Source: Candidatus Bathyarchaeota archaeon
GTDB taxonomy: Archaea; Thermoproteota; Bathyarchaeia; Bathyarchaeales; Bathycorpusculaceae
NCBI GenBank assembly: GCA_963733095.1
Contig: CAVTBV010000014.1
Location: 32,001 to 96,000 of the forward strand
Length of the DNA stretch: 64,000 bases
Direction of reading: 5' to 3'
The translations under genes and the position numbers were made by a program. Under the pieces are notes generated by a model. The model made no database searches. It saw only the letters and a program-made list of their open reading frames with translations, and was not told the origin of the DNA. Positions 19,171 to 28,891 of this stretch are shown piece by piece (the first letter of the stretch is position 1; each line of letters opens with the position of its first letter).

Positions 19171-19860
19171 ATGTCCATCCAGAAAACGCCGGAAAAAAAC
19201 AGCATCCTCTTCGTGTGGCTCAACAACTACGCAGGAATTCTCCTAAAAACCCCCACCAAAACCTTCGCCATCGACCCTGTAGACGTGAAAGCCAAGAAAC
19301 TCCAAAACGTAGACGCCATATTGATAACCCATGAACACTACGACCACCTCGACCCGCCCCTAGTTATAGAGATCCAAAAAGCCACAGGCTGCACCGTAAT
19401 CGCTGACTCCGCCTCAACCAAAAAACTCCAACTTGCCATCCCCAGCGACAAACTCAAAGAAATCAAGCCGGGCATGGAAATTAAAATCGGAGAAGTCTCA
19501 GTCAAAGCAGAAAAAAGCAATCACCCCGCTCAAGCTCCAGTAACATACATCTTAACCAGCGAGGACCAAGTCAAAGTGTACCATACCGCGGATAGTTTGC
19601 CTTTCCCCGAACTCGCGAAAATGGCGCAGAAAGAAAGCTTCGACATGGTGTTTTGCACTGTTGGTATTGCTCCAGGTGCATCGCCGCAGACTGGTTTTGA
19701 AATTGCATGGTTAACTAAGCCTCAGATTGCGGTTCCATATCATACAGGGACTTTTGCGAGTCAGAAGACGTTTGAGGAACTGCTAAAGAAGGAGTTGCCT
19801 CGTACTGCATGCTTGATTCCTGAACAGAACAAGATTTACCAAGTATCCAAGAGGAAGTGA
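19171..19860 (+). CDS. MBL-fold metallo-hydrolase
   Basis: IDP, THEHYDH, YHTAD, PYH. Confidence 0.88.
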   Translation: MSIQKTPEKNSILFVWLNNYAGILLKTPTKTFAIDPVDVKAKKLQNVDAILITHEHYDHLDPPLVIEIQKATGCTVIADSASTKKLQLAIPSDKLKEIKPGMEIKIGEVSVKAEKSNHPAQAPVTYILTSEDQVKVYHTADSLPFPELAKMAQKESFDMVFCTVGIAPGASPQTGFEIAWLTKPQIAVPYHTGTFASQKTFEELLKKELPRTACLIPEQNKIYQVSKRK

Positions 19861-19864
19861 AAAA

Positions 19865-20494
19865 ATGAAAAACCAAACCGCATCCCCAACCCAGAAGGAA
19901 AAAATGGCAAACATACTCTTCAAACTAGACGCCATAAAATTCGGAGTATACAAACTTACCAGCGGGAAAGCAAGCCCATACTACATTGACCTAAGAGTGA
20001 TTCCCAGCTTCCCCGATGCTTTCCACGAAATCTGCGACTCCTACGCCCAATACATAACCAGCCAAATAGGAGTCAAAAACTTCGACCGAATCGCCGCTAT
20101 ACCCTTAGCAGGAATCCCCTTCGCCTCCCAAATCGCATACATCCTCAAAAAACCCTTCCTGTACGTGCGCAAAGGCATTAGGCTGCATGGCAGAGAACGC
20201 CGAGTAGAAGGCATATTGGTTTCAGGAGACAAAGTGTTACTAATCGACGATTTACTTACCACAGGGCTAACCCTAAAGAAAGCTGCCGAAGTCGTGAGAG
20301 CTGAAGGCGGCGTTGTGACTGAATCAGTGGTTTTTCTTGACCGTGAAGAAGGTGGAAGAGAGTTGCTTGAGAAGAACGGCATAAAGCTTCATGCTTTGTT
20401 AAAGGTTAGTGAGATTGCAAATACACTCTATGAGATGGGTGCGATAGATGAAGAGAGCCACAAGACGATATTAAAACAGGTAAAGAAGCATTAA
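19865..20494 (+). CDS. pyrE: Orotate phosphoribosyltransferase
   Basis: LTSGKASPYYIDLR, VLLIDDLLTTG, DREEGG. Confidence 0.93.
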   Translation: MKNQTASPTQKEKMANILFKLDAIKFGVYKLTSGKASPYYIDLRVIPSFPDAFHEICDSYAQYITSQIGVKNFDRIAAIPLAGIPFASQIAYILKKPFLYVRKGIRLHGRERRVEGILVSGDKVLLIDDLLTTGLTLKKAAEVVRAEGGVVTESVVFLDREEGGRELLEKNGIKLHALLKVSEIANTLYEMGAIDEESHKTILKQVKKH

Positions 20495-20501
20495 AACGGG
20501 G

Positions 20502-21062
20502 TTATTCGTAGTAGATTAGGGTGGTTTCTTCGAGTAGCGAATGCAATTTATCTACGGCTTCGTAGACGTCTTGTTCTTTTTTGGCGCCGGTGCAGACCAG
20601 TTTGCCGCTGGCAAAAAGTAGAATCACAACTTTTGGCTCTACCATACGGTAGATTAAGCCTGGGAACTGTTCCGGCTCATACATCGCATGATCCAGCGTG
20701 TAAGCCGCTTTTTCTAAGTCAATCAGGCCGCCCAAAATGCCTGAGGCAACGATGTTTTGTATTTTTAGTTCGGGTTTGCTTATGATTATGATGCCGCCTT
20801 TCTTGAGTTCTTTCACGACTTTTGTCACGGCTCGGCGGGCTTCCTTCTCCGACTTCGCACCCGTACACACCATCTTTCCCGAACTGAAAATCAAAGTGGC
20901 TGTTTTTGGACGTTTTAGGCGGAAGACTAAGCCCGGAAACTGTTCAGGGCGATATTCTACGCCTGGGTAGCCTTTGACAACAGCGTTTAAGTCGACTTTT
21001 TGGTTAAGCGTTGCGGATGCGACTACATTTTCTATGCTTAGTTGTGCTTTAACTTTTGGCAA
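20502..21062 (-). CDS. tbp: TATA-box-binding protein
   Basis: Two repeats NVVAS/NIVAS, YxPEQFPGL, SGKxVCTGAK; TTG start. Confidence 0.98.
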   Translation of the reverse strand: MPKVKAQLSIENVVASATLNQKVDLNAVVKGYPGVEYRPEQFPGLVFRLKRPKTATLIFSSGKMVCTGAKSEKEARRAVTKVVKELKKGGIIIISKPELKIQNIVASGILGGLIDLEKAAYTLDHAMYEPEQFPGLIYRMVEPKVVILLFASGKLVCTGAKKEQDVYEAVDKLHSLLEETTLIYYE

Positions 21063-21100
21063 ACAATCTTTCCCTCGGTTCTATCGCCTTTCTTGAATGT

Positions 21101-21805
21101 TCATTTATCAAAGGCTTTCTTTATAAAGACATCTATAGCTGGCTGTCCTTGGGGGGTGTTGTGCAGTTTTTTCCTCTTATTTTTAGCAAGCGGCATCACA
21201 AACTCGATAATAATTAATAAAATTATCGATGCAACTACAACTGGCAGAGCCCACGAATTACCCCTCATGATTAGGGTAATCCAACCTAACCATGGAATCC
21301 GCAAAATTACCTTTCCCTCAACAAGGTTCTGGGGGACTCCTCTTGAATCGGGAATATTATCATGGTAAATTAGGAACATCGGGCCACAGTGTGGGTCCGT
21401 TGCCGTTGCCCTCGGTCTTGAAGTATAGGGTGCTGTTGATTTCTTGTTCTGAAACGATTCGGTAGACGATGGGTGTTACACCGTTGGGGTTCTTGTAGAC
21501 GATTATGTCGATCTCGAGATAGTTGGCGTTTAAGTCGGCTGGGTTTACTGCCTGAATGATTATGATGTCGCCCTTGTGTAAGGTTTGGGCAAACGGATGG
21601 TCTAACGAGAGCAAGCCATCACGCCCCGCCATAAGGAACGCCATGCTGCCGCTTTCAACAACTCTAATTGGAACTATAACCCTAAAACCAGCTGCATGCC
21701 GAAGAATAGTCCTGCAAGGATGGCAACAATCAAGGCGATGGGGACGGCAGTTTTGAAGTAATCGTTTTTCCAGATTTTCTTTAAATTAACCGCTTGCTTT
21801 GCCAT
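21101..21805 (-). pseudogene. Signal peptidase I (Sec11-type), multiply frameshifted
   Basis: Fragments in different frames: N-terminal TM, RVVESGSM (catalytic Ser), TLHKGDIIII, PIVYRI (His replaced by Tyr), KTEGNGN, GKVILRIPWLGW. Confidence 0.8.
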
Positions 21806-21924
21806 CTGTCGAACCTAACGTTCAGTTTATTAGCAAACGCTTGGTTTTAATACTACCGTTCACTTAAAAAGAAAAAATAGAGCGTGCCAAATGTTGGCAG
21901 CTATCTTTGGTTAGTTTTGGCTGT

Positions 21925-22095
21925 TTAGATTTTTTGTTTACTTAGTACTTCGCGGAATACGTTGCCACATTTTGGGCATTCGTAGAGTCCGATTTCCAGT
22001 TGCATGCGTTTTCCAGCTTTATCTGGTCTACCAGCCATTTTCCATGTCTTTTTTGGCTTTGCTACTTCTGTTGCACATTTTGGACATTTAGCCAT
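21925..22095 (-). CDS. Cren7-like chromatin protein with zinc ribbon
   Basis: Not in ORF track; MAKCPKCATEVAKPKKTWKMAGRPDKAGKRMQLEIGLYECPKCGNVFREVLSKQKI; KTW and IGLY match the Cren7 pattern; GGAG upstream. Confidence 0.8.
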   Translation of the reverse strand: MAKCPKCATEVAKPKKTWKMAGRPDKAGKRMQLEIGLYECPKCGNVFREVLSKQKI

Positions 22096-22382
22096 TTAAT
22101 TTTCCTCCGTGTATATGCTTCCATGCTTTAGGCTGATAAGATAAAAAACTTTCCGTAGTTTTTCCATAGATATTTTTCTTTTTCACGGTGTGATTAAACA
22201 TTTTTTTGTCAATAGCAAAAAGCCATGGTATAAGACATGTCGAAAGTACCTGCTGAATCCCTGCATATTCGCATGGAACAATGCCAAAAATCACAATTTC
22301 GCCTGTTAATAATGATTTTCTGCCCCAACCTTTTTTAAAGCATAAACAAAGCTATCTTCTAACAGTCGAGGGTCACTTTATA

Positions 22383-25259
22383 TTGCACGCCATTTCTGAA
22401 AACGCCTTTGAGATGCTAGTAAAGCCAGTTCGAAGGCTCGTGGAACAGAGGGGATTCTTAAAGCCGACTGAACCTCAAGCAAAAACCATTCCCAAAATTC
22501 TCGAAGGAAAAAACGTCCTGTTAATCTCGCCCACCGCAACGGGCAAAACCGAAGCAGCATTCCTGCCAATACTTAGCATGCTTTTGCAGTTGCCCAAGAC
22601 TCCAGGCATAAAAGTATTGTACATCACGCCGCTGAGGGCCTTGAACCGTGACATGCTCGAGCGGATGCAGTGGTGGTGCAACAACCTTGACATTAAACTG
22701 GCGGTTAGGCATGGCGACACTGAAACAAAGGAGAGAACTCGCCAGTCACAATGCCCACCCGACATCCTCATAACAACGCCAGAAACCCTGCAAGCTATAC
22801 TTACGGGGTGGCTGCTACGTCAGAGCCTCCAGAGTCTCAAGTGGATAGTTATTGACGAGGTGCATGAGTTAGCGGATAGCAAACGCGGAAGCCAACTGTC
22901 CCTCGCGCTTGAGCGCATACGGGATTTAATCGGCAGAGACTTCCAAATGGTCGGTTTATCCGCCACCGTTGGAACCCCCGACAAAGTGGCCCAGTTCCTC
23001 GTCGGCGATAAACGTCCAGTCGAAATAATCCGTGTTCCCGTTGCCAAAATGGTGAAGTTGCAGGTTATTTATCCTAAGCCGACCGAAGAAGACATACAGT
23101 TCGCCAGCAAAATCTACACCCACCCAGAAGTCGCCGCAAGACTCAGAATCATACGCGACTACATGTGCAAACGCAAATCCGTACTCCTCTTCACCAATAC
23201 CCGCTCGGTCTCGGAGGTCTTGGCTTCACGCTTCAAAGTGTGGGATGCTGAATTTCCAATCTCAATTCACCATGGATCCCTAACTAAGCCTTCACGCATT
23301 GCAGCCGAAACAGGCCTCAAAAAAGGTGCCCTCAAAGGCTTAATCGCCACCAGCAGTCTAGAACTCGGCATAGATGTTGGTCACATCGACCTTGTCATCC
23401 AATATATGAGTCCACGTCAGGTTTCACGTTTAATCCAGCGAGTTGGCAGGGCAGGACACACCTATGGGAAACTGTCTGAAGGAGTAATTATCGGGATGGA
23501 TTCTGATGATACGCTTGAAGCGTTGGTTATTGCTAGGCGTGCGTTGAGTGAAGAGTTGGAGCCGCTTTTCGTTCCAGAGAAGCCGTATGACGTTTTGGCT
23601 CATCAGATTGCTGGGCTGCTGCTCAAGAACCGTCGTTTGGCTTTCAACGAAATCTTGGCGTTGGCACGTAACGCTGCTCCCTTCGAGAACCTAACGCTGG
23701 CTGACGTTGAAAAGATACTCAAATACATGCATAATCGGTTTCCACGTTTAGCTTGGGCATCTTTTGAGGATCAAGTGGTGCTAAGGCCCCAGCGGACGAA
23801 GGCGTTGTTTGAGTACTATTTTGATAATTTATCGATGATTCCAGAAGAGAAACAGTTCTTAGTCATCGACGAATCAACCGACACATCCATCGGCGTTTTA
23901 GACGAAGCCTTCATGGCAGAATACGGTAAACCAGGCACAAAATTCATCATCCGTGGCAGCCCATGGCAAATCATCCACGCCACCGAAGAGAAAGTTTACG
24001 TTCGCCCTGTTGACGACCCCACAGGTTCCATACCCAGCTGGATTGGCGAGGAAATTCCTGTTCCCTACGAGGTAGCGCAGGAACTGGCGGAGGTTCGCGG
24101 TTTCGCCGAGGAACAAACCCAACATGGAGCCTCAGGAGAACAAATTAGTGCGATGCTTGCTGAACGCTACCCTGCAGACCAAGAGACCATTCTGCATGCG
24201 TTAGAAGAAACCTTAGAGCAAGTACATAGCGGTTTTCCTGTTCCTACGCCCAAGAGGATTGTGGTTGAGGATTGGGGCGAATTTGTTATCGTGCATTCAA
24301 ATTTTGGTTCACTGATTAATCGAGCGCTGGCTCAGTTTCTGGGGCAGGTGTTGTCTGATAAGCTGGGACGCGGCATCGTTGTGCAGCATGACCCTTACCG
24401 CATCTTTGTACAAACCATGGGCGCCATGACTGCTGAACGCCTCGTTGAGGTCTTAAAAGACATTCAGGGCATGAGTGAAAAAGCTATCAGAGACACGCTG
24501 ACGCAGTCAACGGTGAAGACTGGATTGTTCAAAAGACGCGTAATTCAAGTTGCCCGGCGGTTTGGGGCACTCAAGAAGTGGGCTGACTTTGGCAGCGTAA
24601 GCATCCAAAAATTGATTACGAGTTTTGAGGGAACCCCGATTTACGATGAGGGGCTAAAGGAGGTTTTCTCCAAAGACCTTGACAGCGACGGTTTGGTCAT
24701 GGTGTTGGGACGCCTGCGGGATGGCGCTGTCCGACTGCAGGTGGTTGAGACAGGCGGCAACGCAACTCCAGTTGCCCGCATAGGAATCGAGAGGGTCAGC
24801 ATGAAAACCGACCTTATCCCACCTGAACAGATGCGTGCTGTTTTAGTTGAATCTGCAAAAGCAAGGCTGCTAAATGAGACTGGCAACTTCGTGTGCACAG
24901 CCTGCTGGGATTACATGGAGATGATACGTATCAAAGACCTGCCTGACAAACCCAAATGTCCACGGTGCGGGTCCTATGCGATTGGGATGCTCAAGATTGA
25001 AGAAGAGAAGGCTTTGCCGCTTATCGAAAAAAGAGGAGAAAAACTGGGAAAGAACGAGGAGAAAATGCAGATGTATGCACGGCAAACTGCGGAGTTAATT
25101 GAAAAATACGGTAAAATGGCTGCGGTGGCTTTGAGTGCACGGCGTGTTTCATCAGCGGATGTTAGAGCTGTCTTGGAAAAGGAACCCAAGCTTTCAGACA
25201 AGTTCTACGAATTAGTTCTTGAGGCTGAACGCAAAGAGCTCAGCAAACGGTTCAGGTAA
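22383..25259 (+). CDS. lhr: Lhr-family DEXH helicase with C-terminal Cys4 domain
   Basis: PTATGKT, YITPLRALNRD, DEVH, SAT, HHGSL, ATSSLELGID, QRVGRAGH, PSWIGE; CTAC/CPRC; start uncertain. Confidence 0.93.
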   Translation: MHAISENAFEMLVKPVRRLVEQRGFLKPTEPQAKTIPKILEGKNVLLISPTATGKTEAAFLPILSMLLQLPKTPGIKVLYITPLRALNRDMLERMQWWCNNLDIKLAVRHGDTETKERTRQSQCPPDILITTPETLQAILTGWLLRQSLQSLKWIVIDEVHELADSKRGSQLSLALERIRDLIGRDFQMVGLSATVGTPDKVAQFLVGDKRPVEIIRVPVAKMVKLQVIYPKPTEEDIQFASKIYTHPEVAARLRIIRDYMCKRKSVLLFTNTRSVSEVLASRFKVWDAEFPISIHHGSLTKPSRIAAETGLKKGALKGLIATSSLELGIDVGHIDLVIQYMSPRQVSRLIQRVGRAGHTYGKLSEGVIIGMDSDDTLEALVIARRALSEELEPLFVPEKPYDVLAHQIAGLLLKNRRLAFNEILALARNAAPFENLTLADVEKILKYMHNRFPRLAWASFEDQVVLRPQRTKALFEYYFDNLSMIPEEKQFLVIDESTDTSIGVLDEAFMAEYGKPGTKFIIRGSPWQIIHATEEKVYVRPVDDPTGSIPSWIGEEIPVPYEVAQELAEVRGFAEEQTQHGASGEQISAMLAERYPADQETILHALEETLEQVHSGFPVPTPKRIVVEDWGEFVIVHSNFGSLINRALAQFLGQVLSDKLGRGIVVQHDPYRIFVQTMGAMTAERLVEVLKDIQGMSEKAIRDTLTQSTVKTGLFKRRVIQVARRFGALKKWADFGSVSIQKLITSFEGTPIYDEGLKEVFSKDLDSDGLVMVLGRLRDGAVRLQVVETGGNATPVARIGIERVSMKTDLIPPEQMRAVLVESAKARLLNETGNFVCTACWDYMEMIRIKDLPDKPKCPRCGSYAIGMLKIEEEKALPLIEKRGEKLGKNEEKMQMYARQTAELIEKYGKMAAVALSARRVSSADVRAVLEKEPKLSDKFYELVLEAERKELSKRFR

Positions 25260-26215
25260 GCTGTATTCAGTAATTTTTGTTTAGTTGAATTTTTCTGTAA
25301 GTTGTCCATCGGAGTTTGTTTTGGTTTAAAGAGCTTTGCTTCTATTGCTAAACTAAAATTCGTTCTCATGTCAATCAATGTGATAACTTCAAGTATGGTT
25401 AGTGTGGCGACGGCGATTAGTGGAACCAAATCGTACGAATAAATCTGTGAAACAATGTCACCATTAACTTCTGTTAGCAAAAAGTTCAGTCCTATGTTGT
25501 GGTAGAAGAAAAAGGGCAAGTTTAGCGCCGCAAGAAACGCAACCGCGCCCACCCCAAACTTTAACAGTTTTTGTCTGTTGTACCACAGAAGCAGAGGAAC
25601 GGCGAGGAGTGCCCCGCGGGGGTCGAATGCGGCTACTGCGAATAGGAATGCGGAAAACCATGGTTTTTTAGAGAACCCAAAGTACAGGGCGCCTACGATG
25701 AGAGAGGTTTGGATTACGTGGGCGTTTGCTTGAGCGTAGCCCCAGTAGTAACCGGGTTGGAAAGCAATCAATACCGCGAAGGCAGATATGGCGCCCCATA
25801 ATGGGTTTTTGTCTTCCACGATTTTGTAAACAAAGAACGCCAAGGCAAAGATAGAGACAAACTGCAGTATATCAAAGACGTTGATCGCATCTTGGTAACT
25901 TAACGCAATAAAAGGCGCGAAAAAAATCAGAAAAGACGGTGTGTACTTGAAGGTTTGAACATTTGGAGGAATATAATAGTCACCCGGCTGGTTGCCGCCT
26001 ATGTAGATGGTTGTTGGATTGTGGAATAAACGCCATTCGCCGATGTAGTACGCTGAAAAATCTCTTGCATAAACTGGGGACATGGGCTTAAATGTTTCTG
26101 GATAGGCAGAGAGAAAAGTGAAAGCGTTTAGTGCGACTGCTATGGCAATTACTATGATGAGGATTTTCTTGAATTTAGACTGCACTTCTCTTTCCATCCC
26201 AAGCGGGTTCTGCAA
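25205..26215 (-). CDS. GT-C fold membrane glycosyltransferase (GT87/DUF2029-like)
   Basis: RDFSAYYIGEWRLFHNP, FKYTP; paralog of 7930..8859; 3' end overlaps lhr by 55 nt. Confidence 0.7.
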   Translation of the reverse strand: MQNPLGMEREVQSKFKKILIIVIAIAVALNAFTFLSAYPETFKPMSPVYARDFSAYYIGEWRLFHNPTTIYIGGNQPGDYYIPPNVQTFKYTPSFLIFFAPFIALSYQDAINVFDILQFVSIFALAFFVYKIVEDKNPLWGAISAFAVLIAFQPGYYWGYAQANAHVIQTSLIVGALYFGFSKKPWFSAFLFAVAAFDPRGALLAVPLLLWYNRQKLLKFGVGAVAFLAALNLPFFFYHNIGLNFLLTEVNGDIVSQIYSYDLVPLIAVATLTILEVITLIDMRTNFSLAIEAKLFKPKQTPMDNLQKNSTKQKLLNTAYLNRLLSSLRSASRTNS

Positions 26216-26389
26216 GTTTTTAGCCTTAATTTAAGCCAAGGGATTTTTCATCTTTTACCAAAAGTATTCGAACATGTTATTAGCTTTTCGCGAACTCAGC
26301 AGAATCTTAATTGACAATACAGCAACTTTTTAAGCAAAGAGATTCCTATTTGGCTTAACTGCTTGTTATACTCAGTGGGGCATTAGAGT

Positions 26390-26716
26390 TTGGAAATAAG
26401 CCGAAAAAACCTGCGTAACGAAGTTTTAGAACGCATAAAATATGTTAAAACCTGCGTAATGGCGCGGGAACTCTGCTTACTTGTACGCACCAATAGAGCA
26501 GTTCTGGAACCCCAAGACGTCCAAGAAATCTGCCAATACATCTCAAACCTCTGCAAAGAAGAAGGCTGCAAAGAACCAAGCGAACTGTGCAACAAAGCCG
26601 CAAGCGCTATAGGTAAAGCTGATGAAGAAAGCTACCTCGACTTATGCGCCCAAAGCTGCGTAAAATGCGGCGAAGCCAAAAGACCCCAATCGAAAAAAGA
26701 CGCATATGTGGCATAA
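26390..26716 (+). CDS. Cys-rich hypothetical protein
   Basis: 108 aa with nine Cys in a helical-looking sequence; TTG start. Confidence 0.65.
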   Translation: MEISRKNLRNEVLERIKYVKTCVMARELCLLVRTNRAVLEPQDVQEICQYISNLCKEEGCKEPSELCNKAASAIGKADEESYLDLCAQSCVKCGEAKRPQSKKDAYVA

Positions 26717-26755
26717 AAGCATGACTGTTTATCTTGTAAAAAGAAGGAACTGAAT

Positions 26756-27232
26756 ATGTTTATTGCTCCTTTTGTTCCAAGCCCACAAACCGTTGTCGAA
26801 TACATGCTTAAGCTGGCTGATTTGAAGGCTGGCGAAGTCCTCTTTGATATGGGTTCAGGAGACGGAAGAACCGTGATTACGGCGGCGAAGACTTTTGGCG
26901 CCCGCGGTGTCGGCATTGAACTGCGGGAGGATTTGGCGAAGAAAGCGATGGGTAACATTCATGAGAAAGGTCTTGATGACCGCGTAACAATCATGAACGC
27001 TGACATGTTCAACGTAAACTTAACCTCCGCAGACGTGGTTTACCTCTACTTAACAACTAGCGCTAACGAGAAAATCAAGCCCAAACTAGAAAGTGACCTC
27101 AAAAAAGGCGCACGCGTCGTCTCACATGACTACGAGATTATCGGTTGGCGCCCCACCAAAGTTGAAAACTTCTGCGAAAACCCCAAACTAGGCTACCCTT
27201 CACATACGATTTACCTATACAGAAAACCTTAA
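26756..27232 (+). CDS. Class I SAM methyltransferase (archaeal protein-lysine methyltransferase-like)
   Basis: APFVPSP, DMGSGDGR, ADVVYLYL, GARVVSHDY. Confidence 0.85.
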   Translation: MFIAPFVPSPQTVVEYMLKLADLKAGEVLFDMGSGDGRTVITAAKTFGARGVGIELREDLAKKAMGNIHEKGLDDRVTIMNADMFNVNLTSADVVYLYLTTSANEKIKPKLESDLKKGARVVSHDYEIIGWRPTKVENFCENPKLGYPSHTIYLYRKP

Positions 27233-27302
27233 GTGCCCACTCAGCTTTTTGGAAAAGAATTTAATACTCTTCCATTTTTGTTTCGTTAAGAGGTTTCCTA
27301 AA

Positions 27303-27760
27303 ATGCATTTTGTTCCATGGCAGAACGTTGCGGATTGGCGTTGTAAAGCCTGTGGTTACTGCTGCAAGCCCTAAGTGTTGTTTTAGGTTTTCTTGAGTGG
27401 CTAAATATTTCGAGGTACTTTGGCGTTGAAACCACTGTGTCAGGCTTAGGGCGCTTCTTCCTAAAACGCACCAGCGACGGCTCTGCAGTTTTCTCTGCAA
27501 CAAAGCAAATACATACTTCTGGAGCTTGTAAGGCATGAAGCCAGAAGCATGCAAAATCTGGATCTTCAAAGTGCTCTCAGAACCAAAATACGATGGAGCC
27601 AATCAGGTGGCATTCGACTACATGGGGCATCAAACTCTACGTTTACATAGACACACTATGCAGTGGCTTAAGGTGTGGAACACCAACATGGGATTTTCGT
27701 TACACAACCATAATTCGCTGAACTGGCTTTGGGCATAAGGCACATGCAGTTCAAAACTAC
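27303..27760 (+). pseudogene. YkgJ-family (CxxCxxCC) cysteine-cluster protein, degraded
   Basis: MHFVPWQNVADWRCKACGYCCK followed by stops/frameshifts; later KPEACKIW fragment; 3' end approximate. Confidence 0.7.
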
Positions 27761-27955
27761 CCGATATCAAAGTTATCTGACCCTACCGTAGTTAATGGAG
27801 CCATCTATGCTTCTCCGTATCCAGCGTATCCTGAAAATCCGCAAAAGGCTATCTGAAAAAAATTGATAGAACTGAAGCATGTCATTTTTGATTGCTTTAA
27901 AACGAGATGTAAAAAGATATATAGAATAAAAGAATAAAAAGGACTCAGATTGCAT

Positions 27956-28708
27956 ATGAGAGTAGGACTTTTTGGGTTTGGAAGGGCAGGAAAAGCCGTT
28001 GCGACAGTGTTGCTACAAAACGAAGAAACAGACCTTTGCTGGGTTATCCGAAAATCAAAAGTATTAAAGCATCGATCAGTTCCCGAGTTTCTCGGTATCA
28101 AACACGATAACCAAGGATTAATTTTCCCCAAAGACGAATTGACACCGGAGCAGCTTTTCGACAAACATCCTGTAGACGTTATAATCGACTTTTCTTCTGC
28201 TGATGCCATATTATCTTATGGAAATGAGGCGGCCAAAAAAGGTGTAGCTATTGTAACTGCAATATCCGCTTACCCTGATGAAACAGTAGCTTTATTAAAA
28301 AACTTGTCACGGAAAACAAGAGTGCTCTGGTCTCCCAACATAACTGTTGGAATCAATTTCTTGATGCTGGCAGCTAAAATCCTTAAAAACATTGCACCTT
28401 ACACCGATATCGAAATAATTGAAGAACATTTCAAAAACAAAAAAGAAGTTTCTGGTACGGCTATAAGAATTTCAGAGGCATTAGCACTACCCGACACAGA
28501 TATTAAGTCAGTAAGAGCAGGCGGTATTGTCGGTCGTCATGAGATTATCTTCGGTTTTCCCTATCAAACAGTGCGTTTAATTCATGAATCTATACAAAGA
28601 GAAGCATTTGGTGATGGGGCGTTGTTTGCTGCTACGAACCTTGTCGATAAAAAGAAAGGATTTTACTCTATGGAGAACCTGTTAATACCATACTTTAACA
28701 TGAAATGA
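27956..28708 (+). CDS. dapB: 4-hydroxy-tetrahydrodipicolinate reductase
   Basis: GLFGFGRAG, DVIIDFS, SPNITVGIN, EEHFKNK..VSGTA, SVRAGGIVGRHEI, REAFGDGA. Confidence 0.88.
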   Translation: MRVGLFGFGRAGKAVATVLLQNEETDLCWVIRKSKVLKHRSVPEFLGIKHDNQGLIFPKDELTPEQLFDKHPVDVIIDFSSADAILSYGNEAAKKGVAIVTAISAYPDETVALLKNLSRKTRVLWSPNITVGINFLMLAAKILKNIAPYTDIEIIEEHFKNKKEVSGTAIRISEALALPDTDIKSVRAGGIVGRHEIIFGFPYQTVRLIHESIQREAFGDGALFAATNLVDKKKGFYSMENLLIPYFNMK

Positions 28709-28891
28709 TTATTTCACCAACTATTAAGCTCCCAGAAACGACAGCCAAGCGGAATAAGTAAGATCGTTAGCCTAAAGAACTGCAAAAACCCCTAAATTTC
28801 ATTTCAACAGGTTTGAGCTATTTTGAGGATTAAGTTATTTAGGCAGTTTCAGCTTTTACCCTCAAACATTCCATTCACAAGAGGAAATTGT

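Noticed and set aside
25205-25259. 55-nt convergent overlap of lhr and the GT87-like gene as a regulatory feature
   Set aside because: Most simply a non-conserved C-terminal extension; the paralog is shorter
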